The notes beneath the pieces were generated by a model that worked only from the letters and a program-made list of their open reading frames with translations, had not been told where the DNA came from and made no database searches. Of a stretch of 64,000 nt of DNA, positions 41,010-54,936 are shown piece after piece. A program made the position numbers and the translations under genes. The stretch comes from Amoebidium appalachense (lineage: Eukaryota; Protista; Ichthyosporea). Where the stretch lies: the NCBI GenBank assembly GCA_963693365.1, contig CAVNZM010000001.1:12944418-13008417 (forward strand), written 5' to 3'. The first letter of the stretch is position 1; the number at the start of each line of letters is the position of its first letter.

Positions 41010-44000
41010 CCATTATTGCCCGCTATCCCGATGTGTTCACTGTACGTGTTGCAAGTATGGACAAACTGGGTATAAGGCATTATATTGATGTTGGTGGGCA
41101 TCCACCCATTGCAAGCAAACCCTATCGCAATTCACACGCAGAAAGAGAAGTGATTCGAAAAGAGATAGAAGAAATGTTACGCATAGATGCAATAGAGATG
41201 AGTAAGAGCCCATGGGCGAGCCCAGTTGTTATTGTACCAAAGAAGGGAACAACCAAGTTGCGTTTCTGCATAGATTACAGACGTATAAATGCCGTGTCTA
41301 AAAAAGATGTGTACCCCCTCCCCTCTATTTCTGATGCACTTGATTCGTTTGCTGGTTTCCGATATTATTCTTTTCTCGACTTAGCGCATGGCTTTTGGCT
41401 AATTAAAATGACCGAAGAGTCAAAGGAAATCACCGCCTTCATCACACACCAAGGTTTGTATCAATTTAAAATAATGCCCTTTGGTTTAAGTAACAGCCCA
41501 GCAACGTTTCAAAAAGTTGTAAATCAGATTTTGAACGGCACACATGCATACGCACGTGCTTATCTAGACGACATAGCTATTTTTTCAAAAACATGGGAGC
41601 ATCTAGAGCATGTAGACGACGTTTTACGCAGACTAAACCAGGCAGGTGCATGTGTGAATCTAACTAAGTGTACATTTGCCACACACAGTGCAACTTACCT
41701 AGGCCACATAGTCTTGGTTGACGGCATTTCAGTCGACCAATCAAAAATAGAGAAAGTCCAGACCTGGCCTATACCGCGAAATATTTGCGAATTAAGCTTT
41801 TTTCTTGGCTTGTGCTCATACTACCGTCGTTTTGTCCCCCAGTTTAGTGCTATCACTGCCCCCCTCCGGAAACTACAACAAGGAGATGCAGAGTGGCAGT
41901 GGGGAGAAGCACAGCAACAAGCATTTGAAGAGTTAAAAGGTAAACTGGTGTCTGCACCCATACTGATGTATGCGCACACCCCCGCTTTGATAGAAAATTT
42001 ATCTTACACACAGACGCGAGCTACGCAGGGTTAGGTGCAGTTTTGGAACAAGGAGGAGATGAAGGGTTGTTACATGTGATTGTGTATGCAAGCAGAAGTT
42101 TGCATGCAGCCGAGAAAAATTATGCAGTCACAGAGCTCGAATGTCTTGCTCTCGTTTAGGCCACAGAACACTTTCGCCCCTATCTTTACGGTTCACATTT
42201 TAAGTTATATGCGACCACACTGCCTTGAAAACATTACTCACAAAAGAACTACTTAACCCAAGGTTACAAAGATGGGCACTGAAATTACAGGCGATGGATT
42301 TTGCAATTATACCTCGCCCCGGTGTCCAGCACACGAATGCAGATGCTCTTTCCCGCCTTCCAGCTATCTCTACCCCCAAGGTGAGTGCGGTAGAGGATGG
42401 CTTTAACACTGTTAACTTGCACGTGGCCACCATAAAACGTCAGGAGCCATTTTTCCTAGAGGGGGAAACACGTCAGAATACTCCACAAGTTAACAGCATG
42501 CCTGTTGCGCCCAGCATGAGAACACTAGCCCCGGCCCACGATCTAGCCCCGCAAGTGGCGTTGATGGCTAGGGAGGGATTGCGTAGTCGTTCAACAAAGA
42601 TAAGGACGGAAGCTCGAATGATAACAGATATAAACACAACACCTACAGCCTACACACACACACAACACAAAACAAAACGACAAAAACTAGACACAGACAC
42701 AACCTCACTCACACAAAACACACCACACACAGACACAACAAGTACAACAGGGTCACACACGAAAGATACACCTACCATCACGGCCGCACAGCAGACGAAA
42801 CGGCAGCAACAGACACCGGCAGCGCATTCAGTGATACGCACGCGCAGCCACCACTCCCACACACAGTCACTGTGACCGAGCCACAAGCCACAGAACCTCA
42901 GTTACCGGCCCCCACCACAGACAAACTCACATGGGTAGAACCATGGTTCCGACAAATAACACCTGAGGAGGTAAGAGCTTATCAGAATTCTGATGAACGG
43001 TGTAAAGCTATTATTGACTATGTGTTATATAAAATTATACCTTCGAATGATAAATACTACAGAGAGATATTACTTTGCAAAGACGCATACACAGTGTACG
43101 ATGGTATTCTATATAAAGTGTACACGCCACAAAGCCGAAAAGACCCCAAAGACACACTCAGACATGCACTGTATGTCCCCTACGGCCTGAAATCTCAAAC
43201 ATTACTGCTTGCCACGAAGACCTCTCTGCAGGTGACTCGGATTTAGCAAAACATATCTAAAAACGCGCACGCAGTATTTTTGGCCCGACATGTATGCTGA
43301 CATACTTGCATGGTGCAGAGCATGTAAAATTTGCGCAACACGGAAGCCGTACCCGCGCGGGTATGAACGTACCTAAGTCTGTGAGAGAGCCCGAAGCACC
43401 CTTTTCTATTGTTGCTCTTGATGTTGTGGGCCCTTTCACACCCGAAACCTGGAACAAAAACACACACATATTAGTAGCTATAGATGAATTCACCCGGTGG
43501 CCCGAAGCCTGGCCTATACCCGAGCCCACTTCAGAAATCGTTGCAAAAATATTAGTGGAAGAACTAATATGCAGGCATGGCACACCAAAAGTGTTTCGAA
43601 TGGATAGAGCAGGTTACTTTAAGAGCATTCTTTTTACTTCTATATGCAAAGCCCTAGGCTCGGACCCCAGGCTCACACCTGCACACTATCACGATGCGAA
43701 TGGATTGTGTGAACGATTAAATAGAGATCTACGAAACAATCTGTCTATGTTCACGCTTGATTATCTACGTTCTTGGCATTTATTTGTACCTTATTTTCTT
43801 CTGGCATGCCGAACCATTGTGTGCTCCAGCACAGGATACACACCGGCAGAGCTATTGTATGGAAGAATGCTGCAACTGCCTTATAATCGTTTGATTGATA
43901 CACCTGACACCGTCCCTGCCCCCCAAAATGAGTATTATTTGGAGCTATTAGATAAACTGCGTTTCGCACATGCAACTGCCTCTGATTTGTCACGTACTGA

Positions 44001-44550
44001 AAGACAAAGACAAGTAGCTAAACGTAACGAACGTGCAAAAACACGCAGTTGGGACACAGGTGACAAGGTATGGCTGTATACACCGCAAAAGAAAAAGGGT
44101 GTGTCGACAAAGCTTTTGCACTGCTGGCATGGACCATACACCATACGTAAAAAGGCTACAAACTCCACTTACTACTTAGTGAATGTACGAGGATGGAAAA
44201 TGAAAGCCCCTGTGCACGTCACCCGGCTCAAGCCCTATCACAATCCCAACGTACGGCCCACTGATAAAATCCCTATGCCAATCACAGATGCTATTGATTC
44301 CGACCTGCCACCTCCACGTGATGCAACACCCATCGAAGTTACTGGACAAGTGACAACGAAAGATGGTAGGTTCTGGCGTATAAAATGGTCTGATGGCAGA
44401 GAGAGTTGGGAGTTAGAACACAATTTAGGTGAATCACTATCCGATATAGCTAAACTTACTACTACTGCTTCCAGGGTCCCGATACCTACGTTCGACTATG
44501 CTTTCCGTCAGCCTGCGAAAACTGAAACGATTGGATTACCCAAAATTTAG
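41010..44550 (+). pseudogene. Gypsy (Ty3) pol: RT, RNase H, integrase with GPY and chromodomain-like tail; 5'-truncated and frameshifted
   Basis: SPWASPVVIVPKK, RFCIDYR, MPFGL, YLDD, TDAS (~42011), LQRWAL, ADALSR, DVVGP, NGLCER, WHGPY and WRIKWSDGRESWE; domain order RT-RH-INT. Confidence 0.95.
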
Positions 44551-45419
44551 GTCTACCAATCACTCAACCGGCAAAATACCATGTTTGAGATGCACCAATC
44601 AGACCACCAAGTATGACGGTCCCCGTCATACCTCAGCAGGGGGTCGAAAGGAAGGCATCCTTGTACACTGATTTGATTGGCCAGATCCTGGATCAATAAG
44701 TTGAAATAAACACAGCCGTATGTCCGTGCAATGTACTCTGATCATGTCTTATAACCACGTGTCTGGAGACCATGGGAAGCTCCCATGAACCATCTATCTT
44801 ACCAGAGGCATGTAAAAGATTACGAAGCTTTTTTCCCGTTATTAGTGTAACACATATTTGCTAACATACTACGTCTTAAACAATGAACATATGTATACGC
44901 GTGCACCTGTACGTGAAAGGCAATCTAATTCATCAGCAATCTTCCCCCCCATCGGAAACCCCTCTACGACGTCGACGACGGGTTCGGAGTAGTTTACGAT
45001 ACCTGAGTGGCTGCGTTTGGTACCCTCGACATTTTAATGGATGGAAAAGCTGAAAACCCATCGTCGACGTCGACAAGCATGTTACAGGGTAATAAAGAGG
45101 TCCACTGATTTCTCGACCCTCATGTGTATATGCCAACGTCATCCTATGGACATGCTGTGCATGCGTTTACACCGTCCATTAACCAAATGTAGCACCTATT
45201 CCAATGCTATAGATGTGCTATGGACGTCGTAAGCCTGTTCTACGTATGTATACTGTGTAGGCTAACATGATGGGTATCGTCGACGTCGAAAACAAAGCAT
45301 ACTGTGAAGGCGATTCTGAGCATCTTAATATGAGGTTTCCGACGTCTGTAAACTAATAAGAAACGGCGAATTCTGCAATAATAAATACTGTTTTTATATT
45401 GTATAAGTACAATAGTTTT

Positions 45420-45559
45420 ATGTGTATATATATATATATCATATAGTATATATATATATCATATATATATATATATATATATATATAAGTTGGGTTTTTA
45501 TAATGTATAAGTACAATAGTTTTATGTATATATATATAGTATACTATATATATATATAT

Positions 45560-45612
<53 letters not shown>
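45420..45612. repeat. (TA)n-rich tract
   Basis: Directly visible. Confidence 0.95.
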
Positions 45613-45616
<4 letters not shown>

Positions 45617-45668
45617 GGGGTAGGGGTGTCCTGGGAATGAATGACCCCCGGAGTAGTTTTTCATAGAA

Positions 45669-45865
45669 GCCCCATACGACCACCATAAGGATCGCTAATT
45701 ATACCCCCATACGATCATTATAATGATCTCATTATATGCCCCATACGACCACCATAAGGATCGCTAGTTATACCCCCATACGATCATCATAATGATCTCA
45801 TTCTATGCCTCATACGATCATTATAGTGATCACATACCAAAATCCATACGGTCATCATAATGATC
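45669..45865. repeat. Short tandem repeats of CCCCATACGA(C/T)CA... (~69-bp higher-order unit)
   Basis: Unit repeated at ~45669 and ~45738, with decayed copies after. Confidence 0.85.
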
Positions 45866-46543
45866 ACAAGGAGATTATCTAACGGGCGCAACTGACATGT
45901 GAATTTGTTTTTGCACGCCTCATGGAAAGCGGATGAGGCTCATCAGGTGGCCGCGGAATGAAAGTGGTGATATCCCCCCATTCCGACCGGTTTTGTTAGA
46001 CCCCCCACACAGAGAAACTGCCTAATGCAAAGTTTGGTTGTGCTCCCAACAATCCCCTGCACGTTATCAACCGTTGAATCCCCCCCCCTTTCCCTATGTA
46101 TTACAGCGCATTTTGCATAATATGGACGTACAACGGTCAATAACTTTTCCCACAGAAATGGGGGGACAGTCCGACCGGTTTTGTTACATCACCCACACAG
46201 AGACACTGCCTAATGCAAAATTTGGTTGGGGCCCCATCAATCCCCTGCACGTTATTAACCATGCAAATGTATCCATCTTGTAGTATCCACCTTTCGGTGG
46301 TTCACATGTCTCGTAGGTGTAATAAAGATGTCCAAAGATAATCCATAACACGCCTTATGTATATCCATGGGCCATCCCCAAGACTGTAACAATACCATCC
46401 ATATTACTGTCGTAAAACGATATATTGTACGGTACAAACGGTCGTAAGACGATACATAATATCGTCGACATGTGGACTACGACATACAAACATGCTCGCC
46501 GGATATCGTAGATTTCACCATATTTTGGAGTACTAGTACTCAA

Positions 46544-47050
46544 CTGCAAAATATTCAATGCAGAGTTCTTGTCGGTCATACGATACGGCATCTTGCAATA
46601 GTATTTGTGTGCACGCTCCCAGCTCTCAGCTGACTCCACCGGGCCAAAGAGGCGATAGTCGTCAGAATAATGCACACCAGCATGGAATTCCGATGTTTTG
46701 AGTTCGTTTTTGGTGGAGTCCTTGAAGCACTCGTACGCAGCTTTGCCGAACCTGCGTTTTTTGTTGGTGATATTACTTTACAATATAATGCACTAGAGCG
46801 GCACGGAGTCCATTACCAAATGGCGAAAGTTCTGCCATCATTACCTGTAGGATCTATACACCTAGACACGTGCAGGGAGAGGGGGGGGGGGGGGGGTCGT
46901 AGTGGGAAGGAGGGAAGACAGGGGGGGCTTGGGGGGGGGGGGGGGGGGGGGCAGACACGTACGTTCTGTAACGCTCGTTCATCTCGTTGAGTGAGTCCTC
47001 GGTGAATTCGTATCCTGTCACCATGCTGTATCACTCGATAGTCGACCAAC
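46544..47050 (-). pseudogene. Plavaka transposase exon remnants (46751-46544, ~47050-46964)
   Basis: FHAGVHYSDDYRLFGPVESAESWERAHKYYCKMPY is homologous to exon 17391-17187, with the same exon boundaries but the donor mutated to TT. The upstream exon reads EFTEDSLNEMNERY. Confidence 0.8.
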
Positions 47051-47106
47051 TACGGTGGTAGTATAATGCTATGATGACAATTTGTGCATGCGTTACTTAT
47101 AAGCAT

Positions 47107-50100
47107 CGGGTTTTTTCAATAACTACCCACAGAGTAGCTTCTACCACGAGAAATTCACCACAAATTATAAGGGGGGATGGTGAATGTGCCCCTGGAGTAC
47201 GAGGGTCACACGAAAAAAACACAACGTTGTAGCTCGTATAGAACCCACCTTGTAGCATAGTATATGTACATATGTTACCTAGACATTATTGGTTTTTCAA
47301 TAACTACCCACAGAACAGCCTCTAGCACGAGAAATTTACGACAAAGTTTATGGGGGGGATGGTAAATGTGCCCCTGGAGTACGAGGGTCACACGAAAAAA
47401 ACACAACCTTGTAGCTCGAATAGAACCCCCCGTGTAGCATAGTATTATGTACATTGTGTTAGGGGTTTACACACTTTTTATTGCGTGGACACTGCCGGAG
47501 GCCCCGCCACATTCGACGGCCTACTGCGTTTTATTTACCAAAACGTTTATGCCGGGGATGGTGAATGTGCCCCTGGAGTACGAGGGTCACACGAAAAAAA
47601 CACAACGTTGTAGCTCGTATAGAACCCCCCTTGTAGCATAGTATATGTACATAGTATGTTACCTAGACATTATTGGTTTTTTCAATAACTACCCACAGAA
47701 CAGCTTCTAGCACGAGACATTTACCACAAAGTTTATGGGGGGGATGGAGAATGTGCCCCTGGAGTACGAGGGTCACACGAAAAAAACACAATGTTGTAGC
47801 TCGAATAGACCCCCCTTGTAGCATAGTATATGTCCATGTGTTACCTAGACATTATTGGTTGTTTCAATAACTACCCACAGAACAGCTTCTAGCACGAGAC
47901 ATTTACCACAAAGTGTATGGGGGGGATGGTGAATGTGCCCCTGGAGTACGAGGGTCACAGGAAAAAAACACAACGTTGTAGCTCGTATAGAACCCCCCTT
48001 GTAGCATAGTATATGTACATAGTATGTTACCTAGACATTATTGGTTTTTTCAATAACTACCCACAGAACAGCTTCTAGCACGAGACATTTACCACAAAGT
48101 GTATGGGGGGGATGGTAAATGTGCCCCTGGAGTACGAGGGTCACACGAAAAAAACACAATGTTGTAGCTCGAATAGACCCCCCTTGTAGCATAGTATATG
48201 TCCATGTGTTACCTAGACATTATTGGTTGTTTCAATAACTACCCACAGAACAGCTTCTAGCACGAGACATTTACCACAAAGTGTATGGGGGGGATGGTGA
48301 ATGTGCCCCTGGAGTACAAGGGTCACACGAAAAAAACACAACGTTGTAGCTCGTATAGAACCCCCCTTGTAGCATAGTATATGTACATGTGTTACCTAGA
48401 CATTATTGGTTTTTTCAATAACTTCCCACAGAACAGCTTCTAGCACGAGACATTTACCACAACGTTTATGGGGGGGATGGTGAATGTGCCCCTGGAGTAC
48501 GAGGGTCACACGAAAAAAACACAACGTTGTAGCTCGTATAGAACCCCCCTTGTAGCATAGTATATGTACATATGTTACCTAGACATTATTGGTTTTTCAA
48601 TAACTACCCACAGAACAGCCTCTAGCACGAGAGATTTACCACAAAGTTTATGGGGTGGATGGTGAATGTGCCCCTGGAGTACGAGGGTCACACGAAAAAA
48701 ACACAACATTGTAGCTCGTATAGAACCCCCCTTGTAGCATAGTATATGTACATATGTTACCTAGACATTATTGGTTTTTCAATAACTACCCACAGAACAG
48801 CCTCTAGCACGAGAGATTTACCACAAAGTTTATGGGGTGAATGGTGAATGTGCCCCTGGAGTACGAGGGTCACACGAAAAAAACACAACATTGTAGCTCG
48901 AATAGAACCCCCCTTGTAGCATAGTATAAGTACATGTGTTACCTAGACATTATTCGTTTTTTCAATAACTACCCACAGAACAGCCTCTAGCACGAGAGAT
49001 TTACCACAAAGTTTATGGGGTGGATGGTGAATGTGCCCCTGGAGTACGAGGGTCACACGAAAAAAACACAACGTTGTAGCTCGTATAGAACCCCCCTTGT
49101 AGCATAGTATATGTACATGTGTTACCTAGACATTATTGGTTTTTTTAATAACTACCCACAGAACAGCTTCTAGCACGAGAAATTTACCACAAAGTTTATG
49201 GGGGGGATGGTGAATGTGCCCCTGGAGTACGAGGGTCACACAAAAAAAACACAACGTTGTAGCTCGTATAGAACCCCCCTTGTAGCATAGTATATGTACA
49301 TAGTATGTTACCTAGACATTATTGGTTTTTTCAATAACTACCCACAGAACAGCTTCTAGCACGAGTCATTTACCACAAAGTGTATGGGGGGGATGGTGAA
49401 TGTGCCCCTGGAGTACGAGGGTCACACGAAAAAAACACAATGTTGTAGCTCGAATATACCCCCCTTGTAGCATAGTATATGTCCATGTGTTACCTAGACA
49501 TTATTGGTTGTTTCAATAACTACCCACAGAACAGCTTCTAGAACGAGACATTTACCACAAAGTGTATGGGGGGGATGGTGAATGTGCCCCTGGAGTACAA
49601 GGGTCACACGAAAAAAACACAACGTTGTAGCTCGTATAGAACCCCCCTTGTAGCATAGTATATGTACATGTGTTACCTAGACATTATTGGTTTTTTCAAT
49701 AACTTCCCACAGAACAGCTTCTAGCACGAGACATTTACCACAACGTTTATGGGGGGGATGGTGAATGTGCCCCTGGAGTACGAGGGTCACACGAAAAAAA
49801 CACAACGTTGTAGCTCGTATAGAACCCCCCTTGTAGCATAGTATATGTACATATGTTACATAGACATTATTGGTTTTTCAATAACTACCCACAGAACAGC
49901 CTCTAGCACGAGAGATTTACCACAAAGTTTATGGGGTGGATGGTGAATGTGCCCCTGGAGTACGAGGGTCACACGAAAAAAACACAACATTGTAGCTCGA
50001 ATAGAACCCCCCTTGTAGCATAGTATAAGTACATGTGTTACCTAGACATTATTCGTTTTTTCAATAACTACCCACAGAACAGCTTCTAGCACGAGAGCTT

Positions 50101-50812
50101 TACCACAAAGTTTATGGGGGGGATGGTGAATGTGCCCCTGGAGTACGAGGGTCACACGAAAAAAACACAACGTTGTAGCTCGTATAGAACCCCCCTTGTA
50201 GCATAGTATATTTACATAGTATGTTACCTAGACATTATTGGTTTTTTCAATAATTACCCACAGAACAGCTTCTAGCACGAGACATTTACCACAAAGTGTA
50301 TGGGGGGGATGGTGAATGTGCCCCTGGAGTACGAGGGTCACACGAAAAAAACACAATGTTGTAGCTCGAATAGACCCCCCTTGTAGCATAGTATATGTCC
50401 ATGTGTTACCTAGACATTATTGGTTTTTTCAATAACTACCTACAGAACAGCTTCTAGCACGAGACATTTACCACAAAGTTTATGGGGGGGATGGTGAATG
50501 TGCCCCTGGAGTACGAGGGTCACACAAAAAAAACACAACATTGTAGCTCGAATAGAACCCCCTTTGTAGCATAGCATATGTACATGTGTTACCTAGACAT
50601 TATTCGTTTTTTCAATAACTACCCACAGAACAGCTTCTAGCACGAGAACTTTACCACAAAGTTTATGGGGGGGATGGTGAATGTGCCCCTGGAGTACGAG
50701 GGTCACACGAAAAAAACACAACGTTGTAGCTCGTATAAAACCCCCTTTGTAGCATAGTATATGTACATAGTATGTTACCTAGACATTATTGGTTTTTTCA
50801 ATAACTACCCAC
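47107..50812. repeat. Satellite array, ~182-186-bp unit, about 20 copies
   Basis: GGAGTACGAGGGTCACA recurs at 47194, 47376, 47575, 47761, 47943, 48129 and onward. Confidence 0.97.
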
Positions 50813-51901
50813 ATGCGGCATGTGTTACTTTCACGTTATTGGTTTCCTAGCACGGGATATTCAGCACACAGTTGGGGATGTGGGGGCAGTGTACACCTCA
50901 ATATTGGTAAGGTGGTGGGTGGGTTGGGGGGGGGGGGGGGGGGAGGGGGGGGGTTCCACACAACCGAAACTGTCGGTGTTACAAGTGGTTCGGTCTTAGG
51001 AAGTTAGAACGGTGATTTTTTAATTAATAGCGGGAAACAATATAAAAAAAAAAAAAATTATCCCCATTGCATATGGGGGGAACGAGGAGGGGGGGAGGGG
51101 GAGGTTTTCACAACGAATTCTATCGACTGTGCATAATTAATGTATATTGCACATGTAGCCGGTGCCCGTGGATCAATCTCACAAGCAGGCACAGGTGTGC
51201 TCCACAGGAGCAATGAAAAGAATGACAAATGTCATACAGAAACATGCTCAAAAAACGTAGCCTAGTGCCTAAATAGGCAAAGGGTGTGGTGGGTGGGCAA
51301 AAACTTAGCTAAAAAATTGGGCCTAAAGAGACCTAAACGCGCTCGTAGCGCCGCAACTGACCTCCCTGGGGCCGCGCAAGCTCATTATAGAGCGCGGCCC
51401 ACATTTTTGCCTATGGAAATATGAAGAAATGACTTGGAACCTATCAAATCCATGAAATCTACCAAAATGGAATTTTTGGTGCACATCAACCAATGAAAAA
51501 TTTTCACAAGTGGCTAAAACCCCTAGATCATAAAGACCAAATCGATTGCCGCCCATTTCGGACTAGATATAACTCAAACTCATCAATATATCCATATGGC
51601 ATATCCCACAGAACATAAAAACAGCTACAGCTCCCTAAATAAAAATGCTAGCAGCCTGAAACTTTGCACACACATCAAACACACCATGGCCTACAACATT
51701 AAACTACCACGAAGTTTACAGCACACTCGCAACACACTATTTCACTCCAACGGGGCTATCTAATTCTCCTGCAAAGAAAACACGTTTACAAACTTAATAT
51801 TCTTATGCCAACGTCGTCTTTACCAGCCCCAGCAAGGGGATACATGAGCCGGTGCCCGTGGATCAATCTCACAAGCAGGCACAGGTGTGCTCCACCACTC
51901 C

Positions 51902-52832
51902 CTACCTGGCACGGGAAGGAACGAACCATGCCGTGGGTGACTGACGCAGCGCTGCAGCCCGGGCAAGGAGCGACGCAGGCACGCGAATAGAAAAAACAAG
52001 AGACTGGCCGGCCTGCACATACCGGCGGAGGGAGGCATGCGATCTCCATCGACCACGCAGAGCAATCGTCTCTATTGAAACACCCCTGACGTAGTCTCTC
52101 GAGGCACCACCATGGCAAAGACTGTGAAGATGGAACCCATACTCGTTGAGGCCGAGGGAGTCACATGCCGCTTGGAACTTGGCACGCAGAACATCATACG
52201 AGAAAGGAAACAGCCGCGCAGAAGGGGGGGCGCCACAAGAACCAGAAAGACAGGATGGCCAACAGGGACGGATCGGTGATGGGGACAAACTGATTTGGAC
52301 CGGTCTTGGTGTCGGCCAGGCGGATGCCGCCTGTACCGGGTGGCATGTCGTGGGGAACGGGGTCGTCGGGCAATATAAGATCCGTACGGGTGAGCATAAG
52401 CAACTCACTGACACGAAAATAACACTCAAATCCAAGCAAAACAGCAATACCAAACAAGGGGCCAATTTTGGAATACAAATGATGGCCAATGACGAGGACC
52501 AATGAAAACGGAAGCGGGGGCGTGGTCTTTGCTGGAACAAGCCGGTTCCAGCCCTGCAGGCTCCGTTGGGCGGCCTGCAGGTGTGGACCCAGGCGTGGCA
52601 TGAAATGCTTGATGCCGGCAGCTGTGTTGACACAGCGCTGACGCTGGCCACGCGATGTGTCAATGGCATAACACTCCTCAAAATACTCCACCAGGAGGTC
52701 GTCCAGTTCGGCGGGGGACTTGGTGTCGGTACCAGGGGGCAACCAATCCAGGAACTCAACAACAGCATCCCAGTAGGCCTTGAGGGTTGGGGGCTTTATG
52801 GCCTGGTCAGCCAGAAAACCGCGAGGGACCAT
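51902..52832 (-). pseudogene. Tyrosine recombinase (frameshift at ~52237; HSLR changed to HSLC)
   Basis: YR motifs are split over two frames. Confidence 0.9.
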
Positions 52833-54859
52833 CTGCAGGATTGTGGGCTGACGGCAGCCACACACAATACAAACGAATGTCGAGGGCAAGCGTGTAGGCA
52901 GCCACCTGGCGGCATACACGGTTCAGGCGTCGGGATGCTGAACGACCCTTAGTAACAGCCCCAAGCAGCGCCGTCGAATCAAGGCCCCAAAGGTAGCGGG
53001 AGCCCCGGGCAGCCGTAGACCGACCTAATCGATGAAGCCCCAGGAGCAAGGCTTCTCCCTCCAGAATGTTGATGTGGTCGGAGTGGCGCCAACGATGACT
53101 GATGTTGGTGGTCCACCGGCCACCAACAGCTGCCAGGATAGGTGCCGGGGGGGCGGACGGGCTTGGCTCGTGCACAGGACCTGACAGCTGGCTGTAGTGG
53201 CCTTGCCGGTTGCAGTGAGGCAGCATTGCGGAGAAGCGTTGCTGGAAGCACCCGGGACACCACTGCTCCACCCAACAAGGAAGCATCAGTGCAGAACATG
53301 GTGCTAGCAAACCCAGAACGCAAATCACAACGCATCAAAGGGGCCAAAGCACACATCGCCTGAAGCTCCCACACCACGGGCGGGGAAACGGGCTGTTCCC
53401 GACCCCCCAGCTGCTCCACAAAACTGTAGACGGCACTCAGAACCGACAAAAGCGGCCGCTGCAGCAGTGCCGCCCACACCCAACCACCAAGCAACTGCTG
53501 CAAACGGAGCTGCGTGACGACACCACGACGCAACACGGCCTGGGTTTCCGCCACCAGACGGCACAAGGAAGCGCCAGGCGGGCGCAATATCCCAGAGCGA
53601 TGCATTTCCAGGCCTAGCAGCACCATAGAGGACGACGAACCAGCAGCCACATCCTTCTTGACATTGGAGGGAAGACCAGCTGGGCCGGTGACGCCATTAT
53701 ACAATGCACGCTGACGATTGATGGCGGTGGCATCTGTGCCGACCCAGCCACAGTCGTCCACATACAGGGCATGCTGCGTGGCCTCCACAGGCCGCGGCAC
53801 TATCGCACAGAGGCGCTCAATGCGGGGCATGCCGGCTCGGTCAGCCAACTGCCCATGGACGTCTTGAGCCACAAGCACAGAATGCACCCAGCCCATGGGC
53901 ACGGTCTTGAGGGCCGGGTACACAAGCCGGTCGGGCCCAGAAATGCCAACAGCCTCCGAAGACACAGGCGGCAATCCGAAGTACCGCCACAGCCACTCCG
54001 GGGCAAGAAGACGATGGAACTGGTTGTCCATGTCCGACTTGCCAAAATAGAGGCAATCCTCAGGCCCCAGCAACAGATCGGCAAAATCGGCAGGGTTGGG
54101 CAGGTGCACCTGGAGGGCAGGATGATCACGGGCAAAGAACAGGTTGCCACGGCGGCTGTCAAAAATGACGCGGGCTCTGGTGTCTTTGGGGACCCCAAAC
54201 AGCCCATTGATGGCCAGTGGTTTTTCCTTCGCCTCGAAATAGTGCACCATGCCGCAGTCTTGAAGCCGAAGAAGCAGGGGACCGTATTCCCCACTGGGAA
54301 CGTGATGCGCCGGTCGGATGCGGCGCAGCTCTGCAGGCGTCCGCGGAACAGGCTTGAGAAGGCCGCCGTCGCAGTTGGCCAAAAACGGCTGCAGCGTAGG
54401 AGACAAAAACTGCAACACGTCCACTGTGGCTCCAGCCCCAGGGGGTGGCAAAGCGGCATTTGCCGCCGTGAGAGGTAGCCATCCTGTCAATACAGGGTAG
54501 GCCGCGGGGAACGCAGCCAAGACACTACTCGCAGGCTGAGCGTCATAGACACCCGCGCGTATAGCATCGTAGCTGGCCCTAAGGACAAAGGTCCACAGGG
54601 CATGGTGGTGACTGTTCACCAACCGGGTCGGGAATGGGCAAGGGCCGCCTGCCCACAGCTCGTTGAGGGCACCAAGACAACGGTTAGCCAAGGTAACCCC
54701 CTTCAGGCGGTGAGACAGACGTTGCCGACGGCGTTGACTCCGTAGACGGGCTTGTCCAGAACGGTCCGGCACAGGAATGGCCGGAACAGGAAACAAATCA
54801 GAGGCGGCAAAGACATGACGTGGCATAGCTGTGGAATCCTTAGAAAAATTAGGGGGCAT
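52807..54859 (-). pseudogene. RT/RNase H (frameshift at ~53226)
   Basis: YVDD and TDAS are in the main frame; HINILE and NPADGPSR are in a second frame. Confidence 0.92.
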
Positions 54860-54936
54860 ATTTAATCAAGGGCACGTGGCAGGAAGCCACAAGAAAATAA
54901 TATACAGAACCGCGTGCCGAACCCCCAAAGGGCCGT

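Noticed and set aside
40850-42034. 394-aa ORF that looks like a YR-element/Gypsy RT fusion protein
   Set aside because: The N-terminus is an off-frame reading of a deleted YR copy plus its B terminus abutting a truncated Gypsy pol; it is a chance junction.
47107-50812. CRISPR array
   Set aside because: The whole ~182-bp unit repeats with no unique spacers; eukaryotic context and no cas genes.
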